From an uncultured Chloroflexia bacterium (GTDB taxonomy: Bacteria; Chloroflexota; Limnocylindria; Limnocylindrales; CSP1-4): a stretch of 64,000 bases of DNA. Under the pieces are notes generated by a model. The model searched no databases. It was not told where the DNA came from and saw only the letters and a program-made list of their open reading frames with translations. The position numbers were made by a program, and so were the translations under genes. The DNA is taken from the NCBI GenBank assembly GCA_963840375.1, contig CAWIYR010000002.1, positions 1,024,613 through 1,088,612 of the forward strand, written 5' to 3'. Shown here in pieces: positions 52,850 to 60,794 of the stretch. Numbering within the stretch: the stretch's first letter is position 1; each line of letters opens with the position of its first letter.

Positions 52850-55042
52850 GTGAGCGCGATCCACACCCTCGTCGAGTACTACCGGACCCAGTTCCGCCTC
52901 CTCTGGACGTGGCGCGGGGCGCCGGGCCGGACCATCCGGCGGGTGCTCCTGTCGGTCGTGATGACGATCATCGCCCTGTTCGTCACCGCCGCCATCATGC
53001 CCGGCCTCACGATCACCAACCTCGGCAACCTCATCGCGGCGGCGATCCTCCTGGGGCTCCTCAACCTGCTCGTCCGGCCGATCTTCATCGGCCTCGTCTC
53101 GGGCATCTCGGTGGTCGCGGTCGCCGTCGTCTCGCTCGTCTTCCAGGTGCTCGTCTTCATCGTGATCGCCAACCGCCTGCCCGGGGTCACGGTCAACGGG
53201 TTCTGGGCGGCGTTCTGGGCCTCATGGGTCTTCGCTCTCATCAACACGATCCTGACCGCCCTCATGTCGGTCGACGAGGACGAATCCTTCTACGGGACCC
53301 TCGTCCGGCAGCTCACCAGCCGGAGCCGTTCGGTGGTCCGGAGCGAGCAACCGGGCGTCGTCATCGCCCAGATCGACGGCCTGCCCCATCCGGTCATCAG
53401 CCGCCAGATCCGCGCCGGCCGTGTCCCGGTCATGAGCCACTGGGTCCGCGAGGGGAGTCATCGCCTCGACGGCTGGACCGCGATGCTCCCGTCGCAGACG
53501 TCGGCCAGCCAGGCCGGCATCCTCCACGGCAACAACGACGGCATCCCGGCCTTCCGGTGGTACGAGAAGAAGGCCAAGCGGCTGATGGTCTCGAACCATC
53601 CCGCGGACGCCACGGAGATCGTCCGGCGGGTCTCCAACGGCGAGGGGCTCCTGAGCAACGGCGGGGCCAGCATCAACAACCTCGTCTCCGGTGACGCCAC
53701 CCGCGCCTACCTGACGATGGCCACGATCAAGGGCTCCAAGCAGGGCCTCGGCGACAGCAAGGCCTTCACCTCGTTCTTCATCAGCCCCTACGGCTACCTC
53801 CACATGATCGTCCTGTTCTTCGCCGAGGTGGTCAAGGAGATCGTCCAGGCCCGTCGCCAGCGCCGGGCCGGCATCATCCCGCGGATGCACCGGGGCGGCC
53901 CCTACCCGTTCGCCCGGGCGGCCACGAACGTCGCCCTGCGTGCCCTCGGGACCTCGCTCGTGATGGAGGAGATGTACCTGGGGACACCGGTCATCTACAT
54001 CGACTACACCGACTACGACGAGATCGCCCATCACAGCGGCCCGGAGCGCAGCGAGTCGCTCGACGCCCTCGACGGGGTCGACCGTCAGCTGGGCATCCTC
54101 GAGAAGGCCGCCAAGGACGCCCCGCGGCCGTACCGGATCGTCGTCGTGTCCGACCACGGCCAGAGCCTGGGCTCCACCTTCCTCCAGCGCTACGGCGAGT
54201 CCCTCGAGGACGTGGTCCGCTCGCTGATGGGCGGGCAGGCCTCGGTCGAGGCGGCGACCTCCGGCGTGGAGCAGTGGGGTCCGCTCAACACGTTCCTGTC
54301 GGAGGTCACCAAGGCCGGCGGCGCCAGCGGCGCGGTCGCCCGGACGGCCCTGGGTGGCCGGACCCACGACGGGGTCGTCGAGCTCGGCCCGACCGACGAG
54401 CCGGCGAAGACAGCGACGGGCAAGGCCAGGAAGGGCGAGCCGGAGCCCATCCCCGACGTCGTGGTCGTCGCCTCGGGCAACCTCGGTCTCGTCTCGTTCA
54501 ACGCGATGGACGAGCGGATGACCGTCGAGGACATCGAGGCCACCTACCCCGGCCTCGTCGACGCCCTCTCGAACCACCCGGGTATCGGCCTGCTGATGCT
54601 CCGCTCGGAGGCCCACGGCGCGATCGCCGTCGGTCGGGAGGGGATCAACTACCTCGACGAGGACCGGATCGAGGGCGAGGACCCGGTCGCCCGGTTCGGC
54701 GAGTACGCCAGGGCCAGCCTCCTCCGCGAGGACCAGATGGAGCACGTCCCCGACATCCTGGTGATCAGCCTGCTCGACGAGGAGTTCGACGAGGTGGCGG
54801 CGTTCGAGGAGCTCATCGGCTCACATGGCGGGCTCGGCGGGATGCAGACCCACCCGATGATCCTGCATCCGAGCGACTGGACGATCGACGAGCCGATCGT
54901 CGGGGCGCCCGCGGTCTACCGCCAGCTCCGGGCGTGGATCGAGTCCACGGGTCACCGGCTCGGGACACCCCAGGACGGGGCACCTGCGCCGTCGGCCATC
55001 CTGCCCATCGGCGGGCCTGCCGACCCCTCGGCCACGTCCTGA
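52850..55042 (+). CDS. Membrane-anchored alkaline-phosphatase-superfamily (type I phosphodiesterase/nucleotide pyrophosphatase-like) protein with an N-terminal holin-family-4-like domain
   Basis: LLGLLNLLVRPIFIGL...PGVTVNGFWAAFWASWV (holin-4-like). IAQIDGLPH, LPSQTSASQAGILHG, DYDEIAHHSGP, VVVSDHGQ (AlkP-type metal and nucleophile motifs). GTG 52850 is preferred over ATG 52781 because GGAGGAG lies 9 nt upstream and GC3 steps up there. Confidence 0.75.
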   Translation: MSAIHTLVEYYRTQFRLLWTWRGAPGRTIRRVLLSVVMTIIALFVTAAIMPGLTITNLGNLIAAAILLGLLNLLVRPIFIGLVSGISVVAVAVVSLVFQVLVFIVIANRLPGVTVNGFWAAFWASWVFALINTILTALMSVDEDESFYGTLVRQLTSRSRSVVRSEQPGVVIAQIDGLPHPVISRQIRAGRVPVMSHWVREGSHRLDGWTAMLPSQTSASQAGILHGNNDGIPAFRWYEKKAKRLMVSNHPADATEIVRRVSNGEGLLSNGGASINNLVSGDATRAYLTMATIKGSKQGLGDSKAFTSFFISPYGYLHMIVLFFAEVVKEIVQARRQRRAGIIPRMHRGGPYPFARAATNVALRALGTSLVMEEMYLGTPVIYIDYTDYDEIAHHSGPERSESLDALDGVDRQLGILEKAAKDAPRPYRIVVVSDHGQSLGSTFLQRYGESLEDVVRSLMGGQASVEAATSGVEQWGPLNTFLSEVTKAGGASGAVARTALGGRTHDGVVELGPTDEPAKTATGKARKGEPEPIPDVVVVASGNLGLVSFNAMDERMTVEDIEATYPGLVDALSNHPGIGLLMLRSEAHGAIAVGREGINYLDEDRIEGEDPVARFGEYARASLLREDQMEHVPDILVISLLDEEFDEVAAFEELIGSHGGLGGMQTHPMILHPSDWTIDEPIVGAPAVYRQLRAWIESTGHRLGTPQDGAPAPSAILPIGGPADPSATS

Positions 55043-55135
55043 GCCCGGGGTCCGGGACGCGCCAGGTTCGCTGCGGGGCTCGCCCGTCCGTCCCTGTGCC
55101 CGCCGGGCCCCGGCGATCGGGCGGCTCCGGTGGCG

Positions 55136-56083
55136 TCAGCCCGCCCTGAGCCGCTCCGCGAAGCCCACGACGCGCCCGGCGACGGCCGCTCGCGAGGCGT
55201 CGTCGGTCATGATCGTGTCGGTCACCAGGACGTCGAGGCCGAGCGCCTCGACCGCCGGCGCGAGTCCCCGGTCGGCCTCGTCGAGGATGAAGCCGTCGCA
55301 CAGGTCGGCGTAGATCCGGGCCACCCCGAGGGCGCTCGGCTCGTGGCCGAGCGTCGCGAGCATCCGGTCGGCCGGTCCCCTGAGGGCCCGACCCCCGACG
55401 ATCCCCGACACCGCCACGACCGGTGCGCCACGGTCCCGGGCCGCGGCGATCTCGCCGCGCATCCCCGGGACGGCGAGGATCGGGCCCACCGACACGATCG
55501 GGTTCGACGGGGCGATCACCACGGTATCGGCGGCGGCGAGGGCCTCGCGCACCTCGGGGGTGGGCCGCGCGGCGTCGATGCCGTCGAAGCGGACCGCCCG
55601 GACCTCCGGGGCCTGGTGCCGATGCACGAAGTACTCCTGGAACTCGAGCCACCCGTCGTCGGTCAGCACGGCGGTCCGGACCGGCTCGTCGGCCATCGGC
55701 AGGATCCGGCCGGCGATCCCCAGCGCGCGCTGGAGACCGAGCGCCACCTCGGTCGGGCGGCCTCCGGCCCGGAGGCGGGCCGTTCGGGCGATGTGGAGGG
55801 CGAGGTCGCGGTCGCCCAGCCGGAACCAGGTCTCCTCACCGTAGGCGTCGAGCTGGGCGGCCACGGCATACGTCTCGCCCCGGACGCCCCAGCCCTGGGC
55901 GCGATCGTCGAGCCCGGCGAGGTTGTAGAGCACCGTGTCGTGATCGGGCCAGACGGCGAGGCCGTGCCGCTCCAGGTCGTCGGCGGTGTTGACCACGACG
56001 GTCAGGTCGGGGCCGATCCGGGCCTGGACGCCGTGGGCCAGCTTCGCCCCGCCGACCCCGCCGGCGAGGACGACGACCCTCAC
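55136..56083 (-). CDS. cofD: 2-phospho-L-lactate transferase
   Basis: Real part of ORF 55136..56923, from GTG 56083 (GTGA overlap). VVVLAGGVGGAKL, VVNTADD, VIAPSNPIVS. Confidence 0.85.
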   Translation of the reverse strand: MRVVVLAGGVGGAKLAHGVQARIGPDLTVVVNTADDLERHGLAVWPDHDTVLYNLAGLDDRAQGWGVRGETYAVAAQLDAYGEETWFRLGDRDLALHIARTARLRAGGRPTEVALGLQRALGIAGRILPMADEPVRTAVLTDDGWLEFQEYFVHRHQAPEVRAVRFDGIDAARPTPEVREALAAADTVVIAPSNPIVSVGPILAVPGMRGEIAAARDRGAPVVAVSGIVGGRALRGPADRMLATLGHEPSALGVARIYADLCDGFILDEADRGLAPAVEALGLDVLVTDTIMTDDASRAAVAGRVVGFAERLRAG

Positions 56084-57063
56084 CGATCGCCGGCGGTGCC
56101 CGGCTCGTCCGCCGCTCGGGCGTCGATCGCCGCTCGGACCTCGCCGACCCGCTCGAGCGTCTCCCGGTCGTACGGCGCCGGCAGGCGGACGATGATCGTC
56201 CCGAACCCGAGTCGGCGGAACGGCCGGACGATCTCGGCGATCTCGTCCGGCGACCCGAGCAGGGTCGGGATGCTGAAGATGCCCGCGAGAGCGTCGCCGG
56301 TCAGGCCGTTGTGGGCCAGGAGGGCGTCGAAGGCGGCCTCCGCATCGGCCCGTCGGTCGCGGATCACCATCGGGAAGCTGATCGTCATGTCGATCGCGGC
56401 GGGATCCCGTCCGACCGCCGCGCAGTGCTCGTGAAGGGTCGCGATCTGCCCGGTCACGGCCTCGAGCGTCCCGTTCGTGTTCCAGGCGTCGGCGTATCGG
56501 GCGACCGTCCGGAGCGTCTTCCGCGGCCCGCTCCCGCCGATGAGGATCGGGAGGTGGCGCTGGACCGGCGGGGGCAGCTGGGCGGCCTCGCGGAACCGGT
56601 AGGCCGGGCCCTCGTGGTCGACCGTCTCCCCGTCGAGCAGCCGGCGGATGAGCCCGACGGCCTCGTCGAGCCGGTCGAGCCGCTCGCCGAAGCCGGAGCC
56701 GAAATCGATCCCGTGGGCCTCGTGCTCGCGCTCGAACCACGCTCCGCCGAGACCGAGGATCGCCCGGCCGCCGCTGATGTGGTCGAGGGTCGTCGCGAGC
56801 TTGGCGGTGTGGCCCGGGTTCCGGAACGTGTTCGCCCCGACCATCAACCCGAGCCGGATCCGGCTCGTCTCCGCGGCCCAGGCGGCGAGGCTCAGCCAGC
56901 CCTCGAAGATCGGCTGGCGCCATGGTCCCTGGATGGCGAGGAGGTGGTCCCAGGTCCAGAGGCTGTCCCAGCCGGCGGCCTCGGCCGCGAGGGCCGCGGC
57001 GCGGATGGCGGGCCAGTCGCTCGCCTGGGACCAGAGCTGCGCGCCGAACCGGGTCGCGCTCAC
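56080..57063 (-). CDS. LLM-class F420-dependent oxidoreductase
   Basis: Real part of ORF 56080..57516, from GTG 57063 (GTGA overlap). WDSLWTWDHLL, GRAILGLGGAWFEREH, LPILIGGSGPRKTLRTVARYAD. Confidence 0.8.
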   Translation of the reverse strand: MSATRFGAQLWSQASDWPAIRAAALAAEAAGWDSLWTWDHLLAIQGPWRQPIFEGWLSLAAWAAETSRIRLGLMVGANTFRNPGHTAKLATTLDHISGGRAILGLGGAWFEREHEAHGIDFGSGFGERLDRLDEAVGLIRRLLDGETVDHEGPAYRFREAAQLPPPVQRHLPILIGGSGPRKTLRTVARYADAWNTNGTLEAVTGQIATLHEHCAAVGRDPAAIDMTISFPMVIRDRRADAEAAFDALLAHNGLTGDALAGIFSIPTLLGSPDEIAEIVRPFRRLGFGTIIVRLPAPYDRETLERVGEVRAAIDARAADEPGTAGDR

Positions 57064-57482
57064 AGGTCCACCGCGAATCGCTCCGGGCGGAGCCGGAACG
57101 AGACCCGCCGCTGCCGCTGGAACCGGCCGGTGATCAGCTCCTCGGCGTGGGTCGGGTCGTCGGCGTGGTACCGCCGGGCCATCGCCGCGATGTCGGCCTG
57201 GGCGGTCGTCTGATCGTCCTCCACCCGGACCAGCCCGCGGGCCGAGACGTAGCGGAGGCCGTCCTCGACGATGAACGAGATGCGCGGGTCGCGGCGCAGG
57301 TTGGCCGGCCAGCGCCGGCCGTCGGCCGAGTTGACCACGATCTCGTCGCCGTCGACCGTGTACCACACCACCGCCTGGTGAGGGGCGCCGTCCGGATCGA
57401 TCGTGGCGACCACGGCATTGCGCTCCCTGTCGAGGTAGGTCCTGATCGCGTCGGTCCATGGGCTCGGGGAGGGTTCGGTCAT
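57060..57482 (-). CDS. PPOX-class (pyridoxamine 5'-phosphate oxidase-like) probable F420-dependent enzyme
   Basis: ORF trimmed to MTEPSPSPW (ATG 57482). NAVVATIDPDGAPHQAVVWY..GDEIVVNS..RRDPRISF is the split-barrel pattern. Confidence 0.75.
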   Translation of the reverse strand: MTEPSPSPWTDAIRTYLDRERNAVVATIDPDGAPHQAVVWYTVDGDEIVVNSADGRRWPANLRRDPRISFIVEDGLRYVSARGLVRVEDDQTTAQADIAAMARRYHADDPTHAEELITGRFQRQRRVSFRLRPERFAVDL

Positions 57483-57489
57483 GGTCAGA

Positions 57490-57495
57490 ATGGTA
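57490..57495 (-). promoter_or_regulatory. -10-like hexamer TACCAT placed 7 nt before ATG 57482 (leaderless-type arrangement)
   Basis: The minus strand reads CCGACTACCATtctgaccATG. The same CCGACTACCAT 11-mer precedes the ligase-like gene (11401..11391), and a TACCAT hexamer also lies upstream of trxB (48191..48186). Confidence 0.4.
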
Positions 57496-57554
57496 GTCGG
57501 CGCGCCGGAGTCGCACGCTCGCGCTTCGGACCTGTCAACGTTGCGCGGCGCGAC

Positions 57555-57576
57555 GTTCACGGCGCGTTCACCGAGA
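57555..57576 (+). promoter_or_regulatory. Pho-box-like tandem 11-nt direct repeats GTTCACggcgc GTTCACCgaga
   Basis: Two GTTCAC cores exactly 11 nt apart. A third, inverted copy (GTGAAC, 57593-57598) sits inside a TTGACG(57583-88)-17 nt-TCAAAT(57606-11) promoter-like element upstream of the importer operon. Confidence 0.45.
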
Positions 57577-57741
57577 ACCCACTTGACGCCGCGTGAACGG
57601 GGCGGTCAAATGCGCCTGACGGAGGTCGCCGGCGAAGGACCGCGCGCCCCGTCCCACCGTGTGCGCCCATCGACCCCGCGAGGAGGGGAGCCGATGGACC
57701 GTGCGCGACCCCGATCAATCCACCACAGCTGGAGAGAAGAC

Positions 57742-58945
57742 TTGACTGGTAGCCGAATCACCGTCCGCCTGATGGCCCTCGGAGCCGCGGCGGTCATGAT
57801 CTTCGCGGCGTGCTCGTCCACCGGTTCGAGCCCGTCGGCGGCCGCGCCGACCGCCGCCAGCGAGGCCCCGTCGGCGCCGCGTCGACCGCCGCCAGCGAGG
57901 CCCCATCGGCCGCAGCGGGCCGGACCTGACCGCGCTCTACGCCGCCGCCAAGGCCGAGGGCAACCTGACCACGATCGCCCTGCCGCACGACTGGTGCAAC
58001 TACGGCAAGGTCATCGACGGACTTCAAGGCCAAGTACGGCATCACGGTCAACGAGCTCAATGCCGGATGCCGGCTCGGGCGACGAGATCGAGGCGATCAA
58101 GGCCAACAAGGGCAACACCGGCCCGCAGGCGCCGGACGTCGTCGACGTCGGCCTGTCGTTCGGCCCGTCGGCCAAGACCGACGGCCTGATCCAGCCGTAC
58201 AAGGTCTCGACCTGGGACACGATCCCGGCGAGCGCCAAGGACGCCGACGGCTACTGGTACGGCGACTACTACGGCGTGCTCTCCTTCGAGATCGAACAAC
58301 GACATCGTCAAGAACCCGCCCGACCGACTGGGCCGACCTCCTCAAGCCCGACTACAAGGGCCAGGTCGCCCTGGCCGGTGACCCGCGCGTCGTCCAACCA
58401 GGCCATCCAGGCCGTCTATGCCGCCGGCTCTCGCAACGGCGGCTCGCTCGACAACGCCGCGCCCGGCCTCGACTTCTTCAAGAAGCTCAACGACGCCGGG
58501 CAACTTCGTCCCGGTCATCGCCAAGCCCGGCACCATCGCCCAGGGCGCCACGCCGATCATCGATCGCGCTGGGACTATAACGCCCTGGCCGCATCGCGAC
58601 ACCGCGAACGGCAACCCGACGATCGAGGTCGCCGTCCCGACGACCGGCCGCCGTTCGCCGGCGTCTACGTCCAGGCCATCAGCGCGTACGCGCCGCACCC
58701 GAACGCCGCCAAGCTCTGGATGGAGTACCTCTACTCCGACGAGGGCCAGCTCGGCTGGCTGTCGGGCTACTGCTACCCGATCCGCTTCGAGAACCGTCAA
58801 GACGACGGGCGCGATCCCGGCCGACGTCCTGGCGAAGCTGCCGGACGCGACCGGCGCCGTCTTCCCGACCCTCGACCAGCTCAACAAGGCGAGCGAGGTC
58901 ATCACCAAGGGCTGGGACACCGTCGTCGGCGTGAACGTCAAGTAG
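57742..58945 (+). pseudogene. ABC substrate-binding lipoprotein (PotD/AfuA/PhnS-like) broken by about 12 frame changes
   Basis: TTG 57742 or ATG 57772. Lipobox MIFAAC. SBP-like peptide segments alternate among all three + frames (see findings). Terminal segment ..ITKGWDTVVGVNVK* ends at 58945. Confidence 0.75.
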
Positions 58946-58978
58946 GCCCGGACCTCGGCAACGAGTTCGGAACGCGTC

Positions 58979-59880
58979 GTGGCCAGTCCGCGACGCCCCC
59001 GGCCGCCCAGAATGCGCCTCGCGCGCGTTCCGGGCGGCTCGGTCGTTTCTCCTGGGCGGGCGTCGTCCCGTTCTTCCTGTTCGCCTTCCTGTTCATCTGC
59101 TGCCGGTCATGTTCCTCGTCGTCGGGCAGCTTCCAGGATGCGAGCGGGGCTCCGACCCTGCAGAACTACGCGGACCTGTCCCAGGCGAGGTATCTCGAGG
59201 CGTTCCGCACGAGCCTCGAGATCAGCCTGATCACCGCCATCGGGGGCGGGCTCTTCGGCTTCCTCCTCGCGTACGCGGTGATCCTCGGCGGGCTGCCGCC
59301 GTTCCTGCGCGATGCGCTGATGACCTTCTCCGGGGTCGCCTCGAACTTCGCCGGCGTGCCGCTCGCCCTGGCCTTCATCTTCACCCTGGGTCAGGTGGGC
59401 CTGCTCACGGTCTTCCTGCGCGACACCTTCGGGATCGACCTCTACCAGGCCGGCTTCAGCCTCTACACGAAGCTGGGGCTCGAGCTCGTGTACATGTACT
59501 TCCAGTTCCCGCTCATGGTCCTGATCATCGCCCCGGCGATCGACGGCCTGAAGAAGGAGTGGCGCGAGGCGGCCGAGAACATGGGCGCCACCTCGGGCCA
59601 GTACTGGCGCCACGTGGCGCTGCCCATCCTCATGCCGACCATCCTCGGGACGATCATCCTGCTGTTCGGGAACGCGTTCGGAGCGCAGGCGACCGCCTAC
59701 CAGCTGACCGGCGGGACGATCCCGGTGGTCCCCGTCATCATCGGCGCCCAGATCAGCGGCGACGTCCTCCACCAGCCCGGGTTGGGCTACGCGATGGCGA
59801 TGGGGATGGTCGTCATCATGGGCATCTCGATCGCGATCTACTCGGTGCTCCAGCGGCGCTCCGAGCGGTGGCTCCGCTGA
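58979..59880 (+). pseudogene. ABC transporter permease (PotB-like); 5' end frame-disrupted, remainder intact
   Basis: There is no in-frame start for the permease frame after the SBP stop; GTG 58979 and ATG 59012 are in another frame. A compensated -1/+1 pair near 59097/59125 garbles LLPVMFLVVG. EAA loop REAAENMGATSGQYWRHVALPILMP is intact. Confidence 0.65.
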
Positions 59881-60782
59881 TGGGCTCTTTCGCGATCCTC
59901 GGCCTGGCCATCGTCGTCGAGCTGGCGGTCCTGTTCCTGGTCGGCCCCGGACAGGCGATCGCCCTGGCCTTCCTGATCATCCTGCTGGGCGGCCTGACCC
60001 GCTGGCGTCGGGCCGGCTCGTGGCTGGTCTTCGTGGTCGGGTTCCTGTACTTCTTCCTGCCCCTCGCGGCCACCCTCGAGTTCTCCCTCCGGGCAAAGCC
60101 CTTCGGGGCGGCCTACACGAACTCGATCAAGGATCCCCAGTTCATCACCAGCCTGGGCTACTCGTTCGTCATCGGGCTGGTCACGATCGTGGTCAGCATC
60201 GGGCTCATCGTGCCGACCGCGTACTGGGTCCGGCTGCGCATCCCGCGCCTGCGCCCGTACGTGGAGTTCGTGACCCTGCTGCCGTTCGTCATCCCGCCGA
60301 TCGTGCTCGTCTTCGGGCTCATCCGGACGTACAGCAAGCCGCCCCTCCCGCTCACCTCGACGGATATCGGGTCGAGCGCGCTGCTCGTCGCCGCCTACGT
60401 CGTCCTGTCGCTGCCCTACATGTACCGGGCGGTCGACACCGGCCTGCGTTCGATCGACATCCGGAGCCTGACCGAGGCCTCCCAGAGCCTGGGCGCCGGC
60501 TGGTTCACGATCATCGTCCGGGTCATCTTCCCGAACCTGCGGGTCGCCCTTCTCAGCGGCGCCTTCCTGACCCTGGCGATCGTCATCGGCGAGTTCACGA
60601 TCGCGAACTACCTGGCTCGACCGGCCTTCGGGCCGTACCTCTCGCACCTCGGCAACAACCGGGCCTACGAGCCGGCCGCGGTCTCGCTCATCAGCTTCGC
60701 GCTGACCTGGCTTGCGATGGGGGCGATCACCCTCCTCGGGCGGGGCTCACGGAGCAAGGTCGAGCTCGTCGGGGCTCACTAG
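59880..60782 (+). CDS. ABC transporter permease (PotC-like)
   Basis: Real part of ORF 59109..60782, from ATG 59880 (ATGA overlap). EAA loop TEASQSLGAGWFTIIVRVIFPNLR. Six TM helices. Confidence 0.85.
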   Translation: MGSFAILGLAIVVELAVLFLVGPGQAIALAFLIILLGGLTRWRRAGSWLVFVVGFLYFFLPLAATLEFSLRAKPFGAAYTNSIKDPQFITSLGYSFVIGLVTIVVSIGLIVPTAYWVRLRIPRLRPYVEFVTLLPFVIPPIVLVFGLIRTYSKPPLPLTSTDIGSSALLVAAYVVLSLPYMYRAVDTGLRSIDIRSLTEASQSLGAGWFTIIVRVIFPNLRVALLSGAFLTLAIVIGEFTIANYLARPAFGPYLSHLGNNRAYEPAAVSLISFALTWLAMGAITLLGRGSRSKVELVGAH

Positions 60783-60794
60783 CAGGCAGGGACT

